From: an uncultured Dehalococcoidia bacterium
Lineage (GTDB): Bacteria; Chloroflexota; Dehalococcoidia; Lucifugimonadales; GCA-2712585
Direction of reading: 5' to 3'
Assembly: GCA_951812825.1 (NCBI GenBank)
Contig: OX638324.1
Coordinates: forward strand, 442,459-506,458
DNA length: 64,000 nucleotides
Shown: positions 21,140 to 31,579 of the stretch, in pieces
How positions within the stretch are numbered: the stretch's first letter is position 1
Layout: each line of letters starts with the position of its first letter
Position numbers and translations under genes: made by a program
The notes under the pieces: model-generated
What the model was told of the DNA's origin: nothing
Databases searched by the model: none
What the model saw: the letters and a program-made list of their open reading frames with translations, nothing else

Positions 21140-22333
21140 ATGGGGGATGTAATGAATCTGATTGTAAGAAACGTACGAATGATTGACGGAACCGGAGCGG
21201 ATCCTGTTCCGAAGGTGAACGTGGTAGTGGAAAACAGCCGCATCAGCTGGATAGGCGAAGGCATCGTTGCCCCCTCAAACCACCCCCATTTCGAGGACAT
21301 CAACGCTGAAGACCTTACGCTCGTCCCCGGCACTTTCGATTGCCACGAACATTTCGCCGGCGACGGCGGACAGCACGGCGTCCGAGCTATGAACACCGAT
21401 CCTCCGGAGGTGCTCCTGGCAAAGGCGGCTGGCAACGCTCGTCGCGCACTGATGACCGGCCAGACCTCCGCCAGGGACGTTGGTTCGCCCCGCGGCATAA
21501 GCATCACCCTGGCCAGGTCCGTTGCCGCTGGCGCCCTTCCCGGCCCACGCATCGTAGCCTCCGGCGAGTGGCTCCAGTATCCGACAACGTGGGGGCAGTC
21601 CAAGATTGAGACTGTCAACTCGCCGGAGGACATGCGTAGAGCCATATTGGCCAGAATCGCCCAGGGCGCAGGGGTAATCAAGATAGGAGCAACCGGCTCC
21701 AGCACGGACGGCAGCGATCCCGGGACCATGGGGCGGGAGGTGGCGCAGATGGTTATGGATTTCGTCCACGGCAAAGGGCTAAAGGTGGCCGCCCACTGCA
21801 CCGGCTTTATGGGCACGCGAGAAGTTGTGGAGGCGGGCATCGACTCCGTTGAGCACGGCACCCACATCGACGAAGAGACGGCCCGGATGATGGCAGAAAA
21901 GGGCACTATCCTGGTGCCCACTCTATCCTGGAGAGACTACCTGTTCAGAGCATCCAAGCGATGGGGCATGGCCAAGAAGCAAATCGACTCGTCCGAGGCC
22001 GTCCGGGAGTGGCACAAGGCCAGCTACCAGCGCTGCATCGCCGCCGGCGTCAAGATTGCCGCGGGCACCGACGCGGGCGGTGGGGATCCCATGCGTCACG
22101 GTAACATCGTTCGAGAGCTTGAAGTTATGGTCGATTGGGGCCTAAGCCCGATGGAAGCCCTGAAGGCCGCAACTTCAACGGCGGCGGAACTGGTTGGCAC
22201 ATCCGACCACGTGGGCACCATCGAGGTCGGGAAGCTCGCCGACTTTGCCCTCATCGACGGCGATCCTCTCTCCAACATCGGAGATATGAGAAACGTCTGG
22301 GCCGTCTATCAGGGCGGCAGGCAAGTACGCTAG
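21140..22333 (+). CDS. Amidohydrolase family protein (metal-dependent, imidazolonepropionase/prolidase-like)
   Basis: LIVRNVRMIDGTGADP...TFDCHEHF...AAHC...VEHGTH...AGTDAG. An alternative ATG at 21152 follows GGGGGA. Confidence 0.8.
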   Translation: MGDVMNLIVRNVRMIDGTGADPVPKVNVVVENSRISWIGEGIVAPSNHPHFEDINAEDLTLVPGTFDCHEHFAGDGGQHGVRAMNTDPPEVLLAKAAGNARRALMTGQTSARDVGSPRGISITLARSVAAGALPGPRIVASGEWLQYPTTWGQSKIETVNSPEDMRRAILARIAQGAGVIKIGATGSSTDGSDPGTMGREVAQMVMDFVHGKGLKVAAHCTGFMGTREVVEAGIDSVEHGTHIDEETARMMAEKGTILVPTLSWRDYLFRASKRWGMAKKQIDSSEAVREWHKASYQRCIAAGVKIAAGTDAGGGDPMRHGNIVRELEVMVDWGLSPMEALKAATSTAAELVGTSDHVGTIEVGKLADFALIDGDPLSNIGDMRNVWAVYQGGRQVR

Positions 22334-22348
22334 AACCGCAGCCGACTT

Positions 22349-23281
22349 CTACTCGCTGATGGCAGCCAGGGCTTTGGTCTGGTCAACAATATCCAGCCCG
22401 ACCATTTCGCTCCAGGCTGCCAGGAGTCGCCTTACCATTGGCCCCGGCATCTCATCGCCAATGGGGCGCCAGTCTATCCTGGAGATGGGCAGCATTGAGT
22501 GGCTGGTGCCCGTCATAAAGGCCTCGTCGGCAGTGTAGGCGTCGAAGGGCTGTATGTCCTCTTCAATGCAAGGGATTCCCAATTGCTTGGCCAGGAGAAT
22601 AACCGTGTCCCTGGACAGCCCTTGCAGGATGCTTGTGTCTGTAGGAGTCCTCAGAACTCCATCCGTAACTATGAAGAAATTGGAACCGGTTCCCTCCGAT
22701 ATATTCCCATAGTGGTCCAATAGAAGTGGCCAAGCCTCCGGGTCAGCTTCAACCACTTCCAACTGAGCCATGGTGAGGTTCAATCGGCTGCGGTGTTTGG
22801 CCTTGTTGTCTATCGTGTCCGGATGGTAGTTTCGGGTCTTGGGTATAATCGCGTGAATACCCTCTTCATGTAGCTGGGCGTACCGTCTGAAGGGCGGAAA
22901 GTAGACGTTGATGTACACCGTCGGCGGCACGTCATCAATTACAGATGTGGTGCGTCCCGTAGTGTTGCCCAACGCCACGCCCCTGGTGATGGTCTGGGCT
23001 ACTGACCAGTCACTGTTGCCCCGGAGATGCTCATTCCTCCTCACAACCTCCAGCGTAATCTCTGCCATCTCCTCTTTCGTCATGCGTGGATCGATGCGAA
23101 CGTACTTGAGGGAGCGGTACAGCCGATCCAGATGGGCTTCCAGGCGGAAGATCTTGCCATTGAAGGTCCGCTCAACGTCGTAGACTGAGTCCCCTCCAAA
23201 GCCGCGGTCGCTGATGGAAACCATACATTGGCTGACGGGTAGAAACTCTCCGTTTAGGTAAGCAATCAATTCCTGGGACAT
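22349..23281 (-). CDS. Aminotransferase class IV (branched-chain/D-amino-acid aminotransferase family)
   Basis: 310 aa: NGEFLP...DRGFGGDSVYDVERTFNGKIFRLEAHLDRLYRSL..., ...GTGSNFFIV.DGVLRTP...ILQGLSRDTV. Confidence 0.8.
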   Translation of the reverse strand: MSQELIAYLNGEFLPVSQCMVSISDRGFGGDSVYDVERTFNGKIFRLEAHLDRLYRSLKYVRIDPRMTKEEMAEITLEVVRRNEHLRGNSDWSVAQTITRGVALGNTTGRTTSVIDDVPPTVYINVYFPPFRRYAQLHEEGIHAIIPKTRNYHPDTIDNKAKHRSRLNLTMAQLEVVEADPEAWPLLLDHYGNISEGTGSNFFIVTDGVLRTPTDTSILQGLSRDTVILLAKQLGIPCIEEDIQPFDAYTADEAFMTGTSHSMLPISRIDWRPIGDEMPGPMVRRLLAAWSEMVGLDIVDQTKALAAISE

Positions 23282-23349
23282 CTCACCACCTCCTCTTTCC
23301 GCTGATAGTTGGCATTATACTGAACTAGACTCGTAAGTGGAAGCTCAGG

Positions 23350-25218
23350 CTATTTCGTCTCTTCCTTGTCGCTCCCCAGTTTTTCCTCAGCGTCACCCTC
23401 CAAGGGTTCCTCGGCATCCTCAGTTCCTGACCCGAGAATGTCGGTGATGGCATCCTCCAAAATCCACTGAATTCGAAAGCTGAACAACCCCACCAGCAGG
23501 GCCGGAGATATCAGCAGTACCAGGGAAAGCGGAATCGACAAAGTATCCAGCGTAAGCAATCGAATCACTAGGGGAAGCGCAAGCAGGAACAACACAGACA
23601 TCAACACTGTTGCGAGTCCATATTCAACCATCGTCCTGAACGTGCGCGATCGCTCGTGGGCCTCCGCCGTATCTCCCCTTTCGCTCGAGCCTTCGGCGGC
23701 CAGAAGGGAAATGGTACCCAACGAACGCCAGATGACCAATGCGGAAGGAATACTCAGGCCTATCACTACTCCTACTATGATCATTCCGGCCACTCCCGTT
23801 GGTACGGACAGCAACTCACTCACCGCATCCGGCGCTATGTAGACCACTCCCGTGCCCGCAACGCTGAGGAACCCCATTATGGCCGCGTTTATGAATATAG
23901 TCTGTCGTACGCTGCGGAAACGATCCCCGCTGTCTCCTCTAAGAGACAACGCAGACCAGAATGCATCTACACCCAGCTGCACCGAGAGTACTATCCAGGT
24001 CAACGGCGCGGGTGTAAAGCGGTCCACCCAGTTGGCCACTTTAGAGGCGCTTCTGCTTGTAATAGGCGCCAATACCGAAGTGATCGCGGTGGCAATCGAT
24101 ATGACCGCTCCCAGAGGAGAAAATCCCGCCACGTCACCGGGACCGAGGCGGCCTATGGCCAGGGAGAATTCCCCCATCTGCGGCATGGTCATTCCCACCT
24201 GCAGGGCTTCGCTGAACCTTCGACCCGCCAATATTGAACCGATCGTGTTGGCAGCGATTTTTCCCAGCATGAACACCGCCACAACTATCAGCGCAGGTAC
24301 GATGTAATCATCCAGAGTACGGTAATCGATGAGCATCCCGATGGATAGGAAGAACAGCGCCCCGAACATGTCTCGCACTGGAGCGATCATACGGGTAACC
24401 CGCCCGGAGGCTTCCGTATCCCCGATGATAACCCCAACCAGAAAGGCTCCGGCTGCGGGCGAAAGCCCGAGCAGGGTGGCGCACAGTGCCAGCAGAAAGC
24501 AGGAGCCTAGACTCCAAAGCAGCAGGGTCTCGTCCGACTGTAACCGGGACAACACTCGCATTAGCCTGTCGCCCAGCATGGCGCCAATTACCAGCCCCAC
24601 CACGCAGAAGATGGCCAGCTTGCCGGCCAGAATTCCGGCGTCGGCAAAGCTCGCCGTTCCGGTGGTCGCTAGGCCCGCCAGAACGGTCAGCAATATCACC
24701 GCAGCGAAGTCTTCAACCAGAAGAATGCCTACAATCGTCTGTCCCCAGCCCGTGTTGAGATTCCCCCCGTCGCGCAGACTCTTCAGCAGAATCGCCGAGC
24801 TGCTGATAGCGATTGCTCCACCCAAATAGAGCGCGTGACTCTGGTCCAATCCGGGCAGAAAACTGGCTATCCACACTCCAAACAAGGTGAGTACAGATAT
24901 TTCAATAGCCCCGATCACCAACACCCGCCCACCTATCTTCCTGATGCGCTTCCACCCCAACTCCAGGCCAATGCTGAATAGCAATAGGATCAAACCAAGT
25001 TCCGCCAACAGGCCAATAGTGTCCAGATTACTGATAAGCGGGGTAGGCAGCGTGAACGGACCCATCAACATACCGGCAAGCAGGTAACCCAGGACCGGCG
25101 GCTGCCAGATAAGCCTTGCGAAAATAAGCCCCGCAGCGGCAACCACCATAGCCACTGTGAAGTCTTTCAGTAGCGAAGCGGTGCCCTCAGAAATACCGGC
25201 GGGGAAAATTGTAAGCAA
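23350..25218 (-). CDS. Cation:proton antiporter (CPA2/Kef-type Na+/H+ exchanger family)
   Basis: 622-aa polytopic membrane protein with Na_H_exchanger-like helices (LGYLLAGMLMGP..., GLELG...). TTG start as in the ORF track, so the start is uncertain. Confidence 0.7.
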   Translation of the reverse strand: MLTIFPAGISEGTASLLKDFTVAMVVAAAGLIFARLIWQPPVLGYLLAGMLMGPFTLPTPLISNLDTIGLLAELGLILLLFSIGLELGWKRIRKIGGRVLVIGAIEISVLTLFGVWIASFLPGLDQSHALYLGGAIAISSSAILLKSLRDGGNLNTGWGQTIVGILLVEDFAAVILLTVLAGLATTGTASFADAGILAGKLAIFCVVGLVIGAMLGDRLMRVLSRLQSDETLLLWSLGSCFLLALCATLLGLSPAAGAFLVGVIIGDTEASGRVTRMIAPVRDMFGALFFLSIGMLIDYRTLDDYIVPALIVVAVFMLGKIAANTIGSILAGRRFSEALQVGMTMPQMGEFSLAIGRLGPGDVAGFSPLGAVISIATAITSVLAPITSRSASKVANWVDRFTPAPLTWIVLSVQLGVDAFWSALSLRGDSGDRFRSVRQTIFINAAIMGFLSVAGTGVVYIAPDAVSELLSVPTGVAGMIIVGVVIGLSIPSALVIWRSLGTISLLAAEGSSERGDTAEAHERSRTFRTMVEYGLATVLMSVLFLLALPLVIRLLTLDTLSIPLSLVLLISPALLVGLFSFRIQWILEDAITDILGSGTEDAEEPLEGDAEEKLGSDKEETK

Positions 25219-25628
25219 GGATTCTATTGCGTACCTCCTGAGAAGCGCCTCATCGGCGAGCTCAGGCTAGTAATATCAATTACGCTTGGGCAGTCCCAGG
25301 CGTCATGACTGCTCAATTTAGGCCAATTGTTATATTCTCTCACTCCATCCATCCCCGCTGCCAGAAGAATAGACCTGAAATTTCCGTAGAGATTGAAGAC
25401 ACGTTCCATAGCAATGGGAGCAATCTGCAAGTTGCCCCGTTTCACAATCGGTCAATCATGGGACGAAACGGACCAACCCCATAGCTTATTTAGGACCCGT
25501 AATAGCTCCAAACAAAAAAAGTGGGCCTATGTTTCCTTCACGACGGACTTTCTGGTTGGAAGTTTTCCGCTGTATTGTCAAAAAGGATATGGTGGGTTTG
25601 CTTCTTTACGGGAAGCGGGCTTTCTAGG

Positions 25629-27599
25629 TTAGCCGGCTTCCAATTTTGCCAGTTTGCCTCCGACGCTCTCAGACGCCAACGACAACCTCTCCCATTCCTC
25701 CCAAAGGGACTTAGTCTCCTCTTTGAGCAAGCGGTACTCCTCTCCGGACGTGGTGATCTTGGAGGGATCGTCAAACAGGTCCGGATTGGAAAACATTGCC
25801 TCCAATTCCCCGATGCGGGCCTCGTAGTCGGTTAGGGAAAGAGTTACGCGCTCTAACTGCCGGGCCAGCTTGTTGGCTTCCTTTGTAAGGGAGCGTCGCA
25901 GCTGTTCTTCTGCTCCAATTCTGCGTCCTCTGCGCCGCCCATACGGAGCTTTCTTGGAGGCGTTCGAGACTCTCCTGGTGACGGCTGTCTTGTTTGCCCT
26001 CATTTGCTTACTGTAGAGATAGCTGTCGTAGTCCCCGGGAAAAACCCTGATCTCGCCGCCGTCCACCTCGATGATCTTGTTGGCAACCTGGCGCATTAGC
26101 GTTCGATCGTGAGTGGTGAAACAGATAGTGCCGCGATAATCGCCGAGGGCATCCGCGAGAACTTCCCTGGAAGTGATGTCAAGGTGGTTTGTAGGCTCAT
26201 CCATCAAAAGCAGATTGCTCGGCTGCACCAGTTGCTTGGCCAATGCGACTCTCGCTTTTTCACCGCCGGACAGCACGGAAATAGACTTGCGGACATCGTC
26301 TCCGCTGAACAGGAAGCCACCGAGGGTGTTGCGGAGATTCTGCTCGGATTCCTTTGGCGCCGACTGCTGCAACTCCTCAATGATGGTATTGCCTGGGTTG
26401 AGCAGCTCAAGCACATGCTGGGCATAATAGGTGATGATGACGTTATGACCGGTCTTTCTCTTACCATTTTCTGGTGTGATGACGCCTGCAAGCATTTTCA
26501 AGAGAGTCGTTTTGCCCGCGCCGTTTGGGCCAAGCAGCGCAACGCGGTCGCCCCGCGCAAATGCGAGGTTCAGGTCTCTGTAGACCACATTGTCGCCGTA
26601 GGCCTTGCTCACATTGGTCAACGATATGACCTCGGAACCGCTGCGGGGCGGCTCCGGGAATGAATAGCGGACCTTCCTGGTAGCTCGTGGCAACCTGACG
26701 ATCTGCATTTTCTCAAGCTGCTTAATGCGGCTCTGAACCTGGCTGGCCTTCTTTGCCTTGTAGCGAAAACGATCGATGAACCGCATCTGCCTCTTGATCT
26801 CCCGTTCCTGCCGGGCTGCGGCCGCCTGCTTCACCTCAAGGGTCTGGTCCCGGGCAACCAGGTAATCGTCATAGTTGCCCCTTTGAAGAACCGTTTCATC
26901 CGGTTCAATGGCGATCACCCTGGTCGCGACCTGGTTGAGGAAGGCTCGGTCGTGAGACGTGACAATTACGCCGCCATCGAAAGAGGTCAGGTACTTCTCG
27001 AACCACAGGTTTGCCTCAAGGTCAAGGTGGTTTGTTGGCTCGTCCAGAAGCAAGAGGTTCGGTTTCCTGAACAGAATCTTTGCCAGGTTTGCCCTCATGG
27101 CCCACCCTCCGCTGAACTCGCTCATGGGTCTAAAATAGTCTTCCTTATTGAAGCCAAGCCCGGAGAGGATCTCCTTGGCTTCATGTTCACGATAGCCGCC
27201 ACCCGCTGCTTCCAACGCCATGTCAAGTTCGCCGATTCGGTTCAATAGAAGGTCCTGTTCCCAAGAATCTGACACCGATGATAGAGCCTCGTGGGCGGCG
27301 GAGATTTCGTACACTAGAGCATTTTCTTCGGTGCTCGCTTCCAGCACCTCCTGGAGCAGTGGCTTATTTGTCTGCAAGCCGGGCTCCTGCTTGAGATATC
27401 CCATGGTGACGTTTCGATGCTTGGAGACAATGCCGGTTTCCGTCTCCATTTCCCCTGCAAGGATGTCTAGGAGCGTTGTCTTCCCTGAGCCATTCGCGCC
27501 TATAAGCGCAATGCGGTCCCCGTCAACTACCCCGAAGGAGAGTTCGCTGAACAGAGTCCCGTTTGGATAAGACTTGCTGATGTCGGATGCGAAGAGCAT
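25629..27599 (-). CDS. ABC-F family ATPase (Uup/YheS-like, two ABC domains plus C-terminal coiled coil)
   Basis: Two Walker A sites ([18 protein letters not shown]), two LSGG signatures, an inter-domain linker and no TM segments. Confidence 0.9.
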   Translation of the reverse strand: MLFASDISKSYPNGTLFSELSFGVVDGDRIALIGANGSGKTTLLDILAGEMETETGIVSKHRNVTMGYLKQEPGLQTNKPLLQEVLEASTEENALVYEISAAHEALSSVSDSWEQDLLLNRIGELDMALEAAGGGYREHEAKEILSGLGFNKEDYFRPMSEFSGGWAMRANLAKILFRKPNLLLLDEPTNHLDLEANLWFEKYLTSFDGGVIVTSHDRAFLNQVATRVIAIEPDETVLQRGNYDDYLVARDQTLEVKQAAAARQEREIKRQMRFIDRFRYKAKKASQVQSRIKQLEKMQIVRLPRATRKVRYSFPEPPRSGSEVISLTNVSKAYGDNVVYRDLNLAFARGDRVALLGPNGAGKTTLLKMLAGVITPENGKRKTGHNVIITYYAQHVLELLNPGNTIIEELQQSAPKESEQNLRNTLGGFLFSGDDVRKSISVLSGGEKARVALAKQLVQPSNLLLMDEPTNHLDITSREVLADALGDYRGTICFTTHDRTLMRQVANKIIEVDGGEIRVFPGDYDSYLYSKQMRANKTAVTRRVSNASKKAPYGRRRGRRIGAEEQLRRSLTKEANKLARQLERVTLSLTDYEARIGELEAMFSNPDLFDDPSKITTSGEEYRLLKEETKSLWEEWERLSLASESVGGKLAKLEAG

Positions 27600-27972
27600 A
27601 TCGTCTGGACCTGGTTCCTATTCTATCCGCAAGATGCCATAGAAGAAATACGGATACATAGTGCAGTATTCCTCATTTGACCAACTTGAGAGCGTCGAAG
27701 ATTGGCGTCATATCCATGGGATTCACTTGACCCAACCCCCCTGTTGCTTGAACCGTGAGGAGACGACTCAAAGTGAGACAATATCATTCAGACCAGTCTC
27801 TTGACAGGCAGATAAAAAAGCTGGGAGTATTCACTGCACCTCTGTTGGGGTTCGACCTGATCTCCAGCAGTCGCAAATGTCGAAGCCGCGGAACTGGGTC
27901 AGATTCTTGTGAGACCCAATCTTTGGTTGCCCGACGCAAATCTGCAAATTTTATCCATCGCCGGCTGAGCAA

Positions 27973-29733
27973 TTGTCGCGGCTGGCTTGTAGGACGGAAG
28001 AAAGCCAGACTTTGGCATCAGAGAACGAAGGCGTCAGATACGAGCCGGATGAGAAGCCCCCATTCTGGGTAGCCTTGGGCGCAGGTCTGCAGGCGGCCAT
28101 GATCATCGTCGCGCCCGTGGTGCTGACCGTGGTCATAGTGGCCCGGATCGCCGATCAGCCCGAAAGTTATATCACCTGGGGCGTCTTCGCGGCGCTTCTT
28201 GTGAGCGGCATTACCACGGTGATGCAAGCGGTGCGGGTGGGCCGCGTTGGTGCGGGGCACGTCCTGATTATGGGCACGTCCGGGGCATTCATCGCCGTGT
28301 GCGTGGCGGCGCTGATGGAGGCCGGCCCAGCCACGATGGCGAGCCTCATCCTGGTGTCCTCGCTGATCCAGTTTCTGCTTGCCGCCCGGCTTTCGCTGCT
28401 GCGCCGAATATTCACTCCCGTGGTGTCGGGCACCGTGATAATGCTTATAGCCGCCACGGTAATGCCCGTCATTTTCGACACCCTTCATCAGGGGCCTGAG
28501 GGCGTTTCCAGCGCGGCGGCGCCGGTCTCGGCTCTTGCGACGCTGGTTGTAGTGGCGGTGCTGGTGCTGCGGGGCCCGCCGGCGTGGCGGCTGTGGTCGC
28601 CCGTCATCGGCATCATAATAGGCAGTGCAGTGGCAGCGCCCTTCGGGCTGTATGACGTTCAGGGGATTCTGGACGCGGCCTGGATAAGCGCACCCCTCGG
28701 CTCGTGGCCGGGGCTCGACATTACACCCGGCGTCGAGTTCTGGGCGCTTCTCCCCGCCTTTGTCGTTGTAACCCTCGTCGGAGCCATCGAGACGATCGGC
28801 GACGGCGTAGCCATTCAGCGAGTGTCGCGGCGCAAGCCCCGGGCAACGGACTTCCGGGTGGTGCAAGGGGCGCTCAACGCGGACGGGGTGGGCAATTTCC
28901 TATCGGGCGTCGGGGGGACCCTGCCGAACACCACCTATTCGTCCAGCATCTCCCTCGCCGAGGTCACCGGCATCGGAGCGCGGCGGGTGGGTATCATCAT
29001 CGGCATTATCTTCCTTGCGGTCGCCTTCTTCCCCAAATTCACTGCCCTGCTGATTGCCATCCCGCCTCCCGTAGCTGCCGCGTACCTGACGGTCCTGATA
29101 GGCATGCTGTTCCTGCAAGGGATGAAGATTGTCATCCAGGACGGCGTTGATCACAGAAAAGCCATAGTTGCGGGACTGGCCTTCTGGATCGGCACCGGAT
29201 TCCAGAACGGATGGATATTCCCGGACCTGCTGGGCGAGGGGTTTCTGGGCGTGCTCCTGGGCAACGGCATGACCTCCGGCGCCCTGGTCGCGGTCATCAT
29301 GATGGTGTTCCTGGAACTGACGGGACCCCGGCGAAAACAGTTGCGAGTTCCGCTGGATATGGACGCGCTGCCGCAACTGAGTGATTTCCTTAGCGGCTTT
29401 GCTAAACGTGCAGGGTGGAACGCAACGTCGTCGCAGCGTCTGGTATTGGTGGGAGAGGAAACCCTGACCAGCATGCTATTGGATGAAGCAGACGAGCCGA
29501 AACGGCTGATCGTCAGCGCCAGGGTCGGAGCTGGTGGGGCGGAGCTGGAGTTCGTGTCAGCGGCTGGAGAGGAGAACCTGGAGGACCGGCTTGCCTACCT
29601 GGGTGAGAAACCGGACACGGACGACGGCGAGGAAATATCTTTCCACCTGCTGCGCCACTACGCGTCCTCGGTACGTCACCAGAAATACCACGATGTAGAT
29701 ATAGTCACGGTGCAGGTTGAAGCGTCAAGATAA
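27973..29733 (+). CDS. NCS2 (xanthine/uracil permease) family transporter with ~130-aa C-terminal cytoplasmic extension
   Basis: NTTYSSSISLAEVTGIGARRVG and IPPPVAAAYLTVLIGMLFLQG match NCS2 motifs. The C-terminal LDMDALPQLSDFLSGFAKRAGWN...LVLVGEETLTSML...LEFVS resembles an RsbW/SpoIIAB-type (GHKL-like) domain. TTG start. Confidence 0.75.
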   Translation: MSRLACRTEESQTLASENEGVRYEPDEKPPFWVALGAGLQAAMIIVAPVVLTVVIVARIADQPESYITWGVFAALLVSGITTVMQAVRVGRVGAGHVLIMGTSGAFIAVCVAALMEAGPATMASLILVSSLIQFLLAARLSLLRRIFTPVVSGTVIMLIAATVMPVIFDTLHQGPEGVSSAAAPVSALATLVVVAVLVLRGPPAWRLWSPVIGIIIGSAVAAPFGLYDVQGILDAAWISAPLGSWPGLDITPGVEFWALLPAFVVVTLVGAIETIGDGVAIQRVSRRKPRATDFRVVQGALNADGVGNFLSGVGGTLPNTTYSSSISLAEVTGIGARRVGIIIGIIFLAVAFFPKFTALLIAIPPPVAAAYLTVLIGMLFLQGMKIVIQDGVDHRKAIVAGLAFWIGTGFQNGWIFPDLLGEGFLGVLLGNGMTSGALVAVIMMVFLELTGPRRKQLRVPLDMDALPQLSDFLSGFAKRAGWNATSSQRLVLVGEETLTSMLLDEADEPKRLIVSARVGAGGAELEFVSAAGEENLEDRLAYLGEKPDTDDGEEISFHLLRHYASSVRHQKYHDVDIVTVQVEASR

Positions 29734-30133
29734 CCTTCCCCACGAAATCTCAAAAGATCTCGAGCGACACAGTAAACGTGCCGACATCCTTAACGAACTT
29801 GGACTTTGCGGGCGTCTTACTGGCGACGTCGTGACACTGAATTCGTCCCGCTTGCGCAGCTTGGCAAACTCCTCGCAAATGCGCGTCTCGTCAATCTTCA
29901 ACCCCCGCGGACAGGGGGCGGCCCTTATTGATCCGCTACCAATATCAGGTCCAACCGGTATGTTGGGATTGTGGAATAACGTGACAATTAGAAAATAATC
30001 AACGCGAAACACCCACTAGCCACATCATCGGAAACGAACTCAAAGAAATCTAACTAGACAAGGCCTTAGCCACCGAATGCCACGTCCAAAGCCCGATGGA
30101 TTCCGTGCCTGAGAGAAATGGGCCAACGTATCC

Positions 30134-31399
30134 TGAGGTGGACCCGGAAAATCGGACAGGTAGCCAAGTGAGAGTCCTGCTCCTGGACTAGAGGCAGTAG
30201 AAGCTGTCGAGAAGGAGTGGGAGATGAGAAAAGGAAGAAGGAAACACAGCGAAGCCTTCAAGGCGAAGGTGGCCCTGGAGGCGGTGAGAGGGGAGGAGAC
30301 GGTGGCGGAGTTGGCGGCCCGGTACGAAGTGCACCCGGGGCAGATACAGGCAGGGAAGCAGGCGCTGATAGCGCGGCTGTACCAGGAGATAGGGCAGCTT
30401 TAGGTGGAGCGGGAATTTCTTGGCGGAGAGGTCCGGTCCATGAGTAGGGAGCGACGGCGGAAGATGGTGGACCAGGAACATCACACACTGTCCATAGTGC
30501 GGCAGTGCGCCCTCCTTGGGGTGAGCAGATCCAGCCTCTACTATCGGCCCAAAGGTGCTTCTGCGAAGGAGTTGTCCCTGATGAAGGAGATGGGACCGTC
30601 AGTACCTTGTGACTCCCTTCTACGGATCGAGACGAATGAAGGCTGGACTGAACCGACAAGGTATCCGGGTGAGCCGCAAACGAGTACAGAGGTTGATGGG
30701 ACTCATGGGGTTACAGGCCCTCTACCGGCGCCCTCGCACCAGCCGACGGGCGAAGGGGGAGCGGATCTATCCCTATCTGTTGAGGGATATCAAGGTCACG
30801 AAGCCCAATCTGGTCTGGGTGGCGGACATCACCTACATCCCCATGGCTCGTGGCTTCCTATACCTGGCGGCGGTGATGGACTACTACAGCCGCTACGTGT
30901 TGGCTTGGCGATTGTCCAATACCCTGGAGGCCGACTTCTGCGTTGAGGCGTTGACGGATGCATTGGAGCAAGGGAAGCCACAGATGTTCAACACCCACCA
31001 GGGCAGTCAGTTCACAAGCTTCGAGTTCATCCGGGTCCTACAGCAGCGTGGAGTGAATATCAGCATGGACGGGAAGGGAAGGTACCAGGACAACATCCTG
31101 GCGGAGCGGCTGTGGAGGACGGTGAAGTACGAGGAGGTGCATCTGAAAGCCTATGCTAACGGCGCCATCGCCAGGAGGGAGCTTAGTGTCTACTTCCGCT
31201 TCTACACCAACCAGAGGCCCCATCAGGCCCTGGGCTACCGCACCCCCGCGGCGCTGTTCCACACAGACCGGACGGCGCCGGAGAAGGAATCAAAGGAGAT
31301 GAGGTGCTCTATACGACCGATGTTTGTATCATGTGCAGGAGCGACGGGACCCTTACTTAAGTCTACCCTCACTCTGTCCATCTAATGGGGTCTACCTCA
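30134..31399 (+). mobile_element. IS3-family insertion sequence, copy A (1266 bp)
   Basis: TG...CA termini. IRL is TGAGGTGGACCCGGAAAATCGGACAG. The reverse complement of IRR is TGAGGTAGACCCCATTAGATGGACAG. The internal transposase frames are orfA-like and rve/DDE-like. Confidence 0.85.
30224..31385 (+). pseudogene. IS3-family transposase (OrfA/OrfB), disrupted
   Basis: OrfA is MRKGRRKHSEAFKAKVALEAVRGEETVAELAARYEVHPGQIQAGKQALIARLYQEIGQL followed by TAG (30401-30403). The same frame continues VEREFL...HTLSIVRQCALLGVSRSSLYYRP...LMKEM. A +1 shift near 30590 is then needed to reach DRQYLVTPFYGSRRM...VWVADITYI...YSRYVLAW (integrase core). Confidence 0.7.
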
Positions 31400-31579
31400 G
31401 AAAACCGCCTTGGCAAGCTTCTATTGGGCGAGTGGATCAGCGAGGCCGAATTCAACCATGAACTAGTGCATCTGCACTAACTCAGCCAAGCAATTGAGAA
31501 GGAGGTTGGCAAGACACCCGAAATTCTGAGACAATCCCTCCTTCACCGCTAGGTTTTTTCTATCTTAGGAGTGAGGTCG

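Noticed and set aside
27600-27972. Possible purine riboswitch upstream of the NCS2 permease.
   Set aside because: Reading both strands, I found none of the conserved purine-riboswitch core (the UAUA...UGG...CCGUAAAU...ACUA-type three-way junction).
31498-31560. GAAGGAGG ... CCTCCTTC pairing followed by a T-run, as a possible terminator or SD-sequestering switch upstream of the first cargo permease.
   Set aside because: The stem is only 8 bp around a 31-nt loop, and the T-run is 10 nt away. This is too weak to call without folding energetics or conservation.
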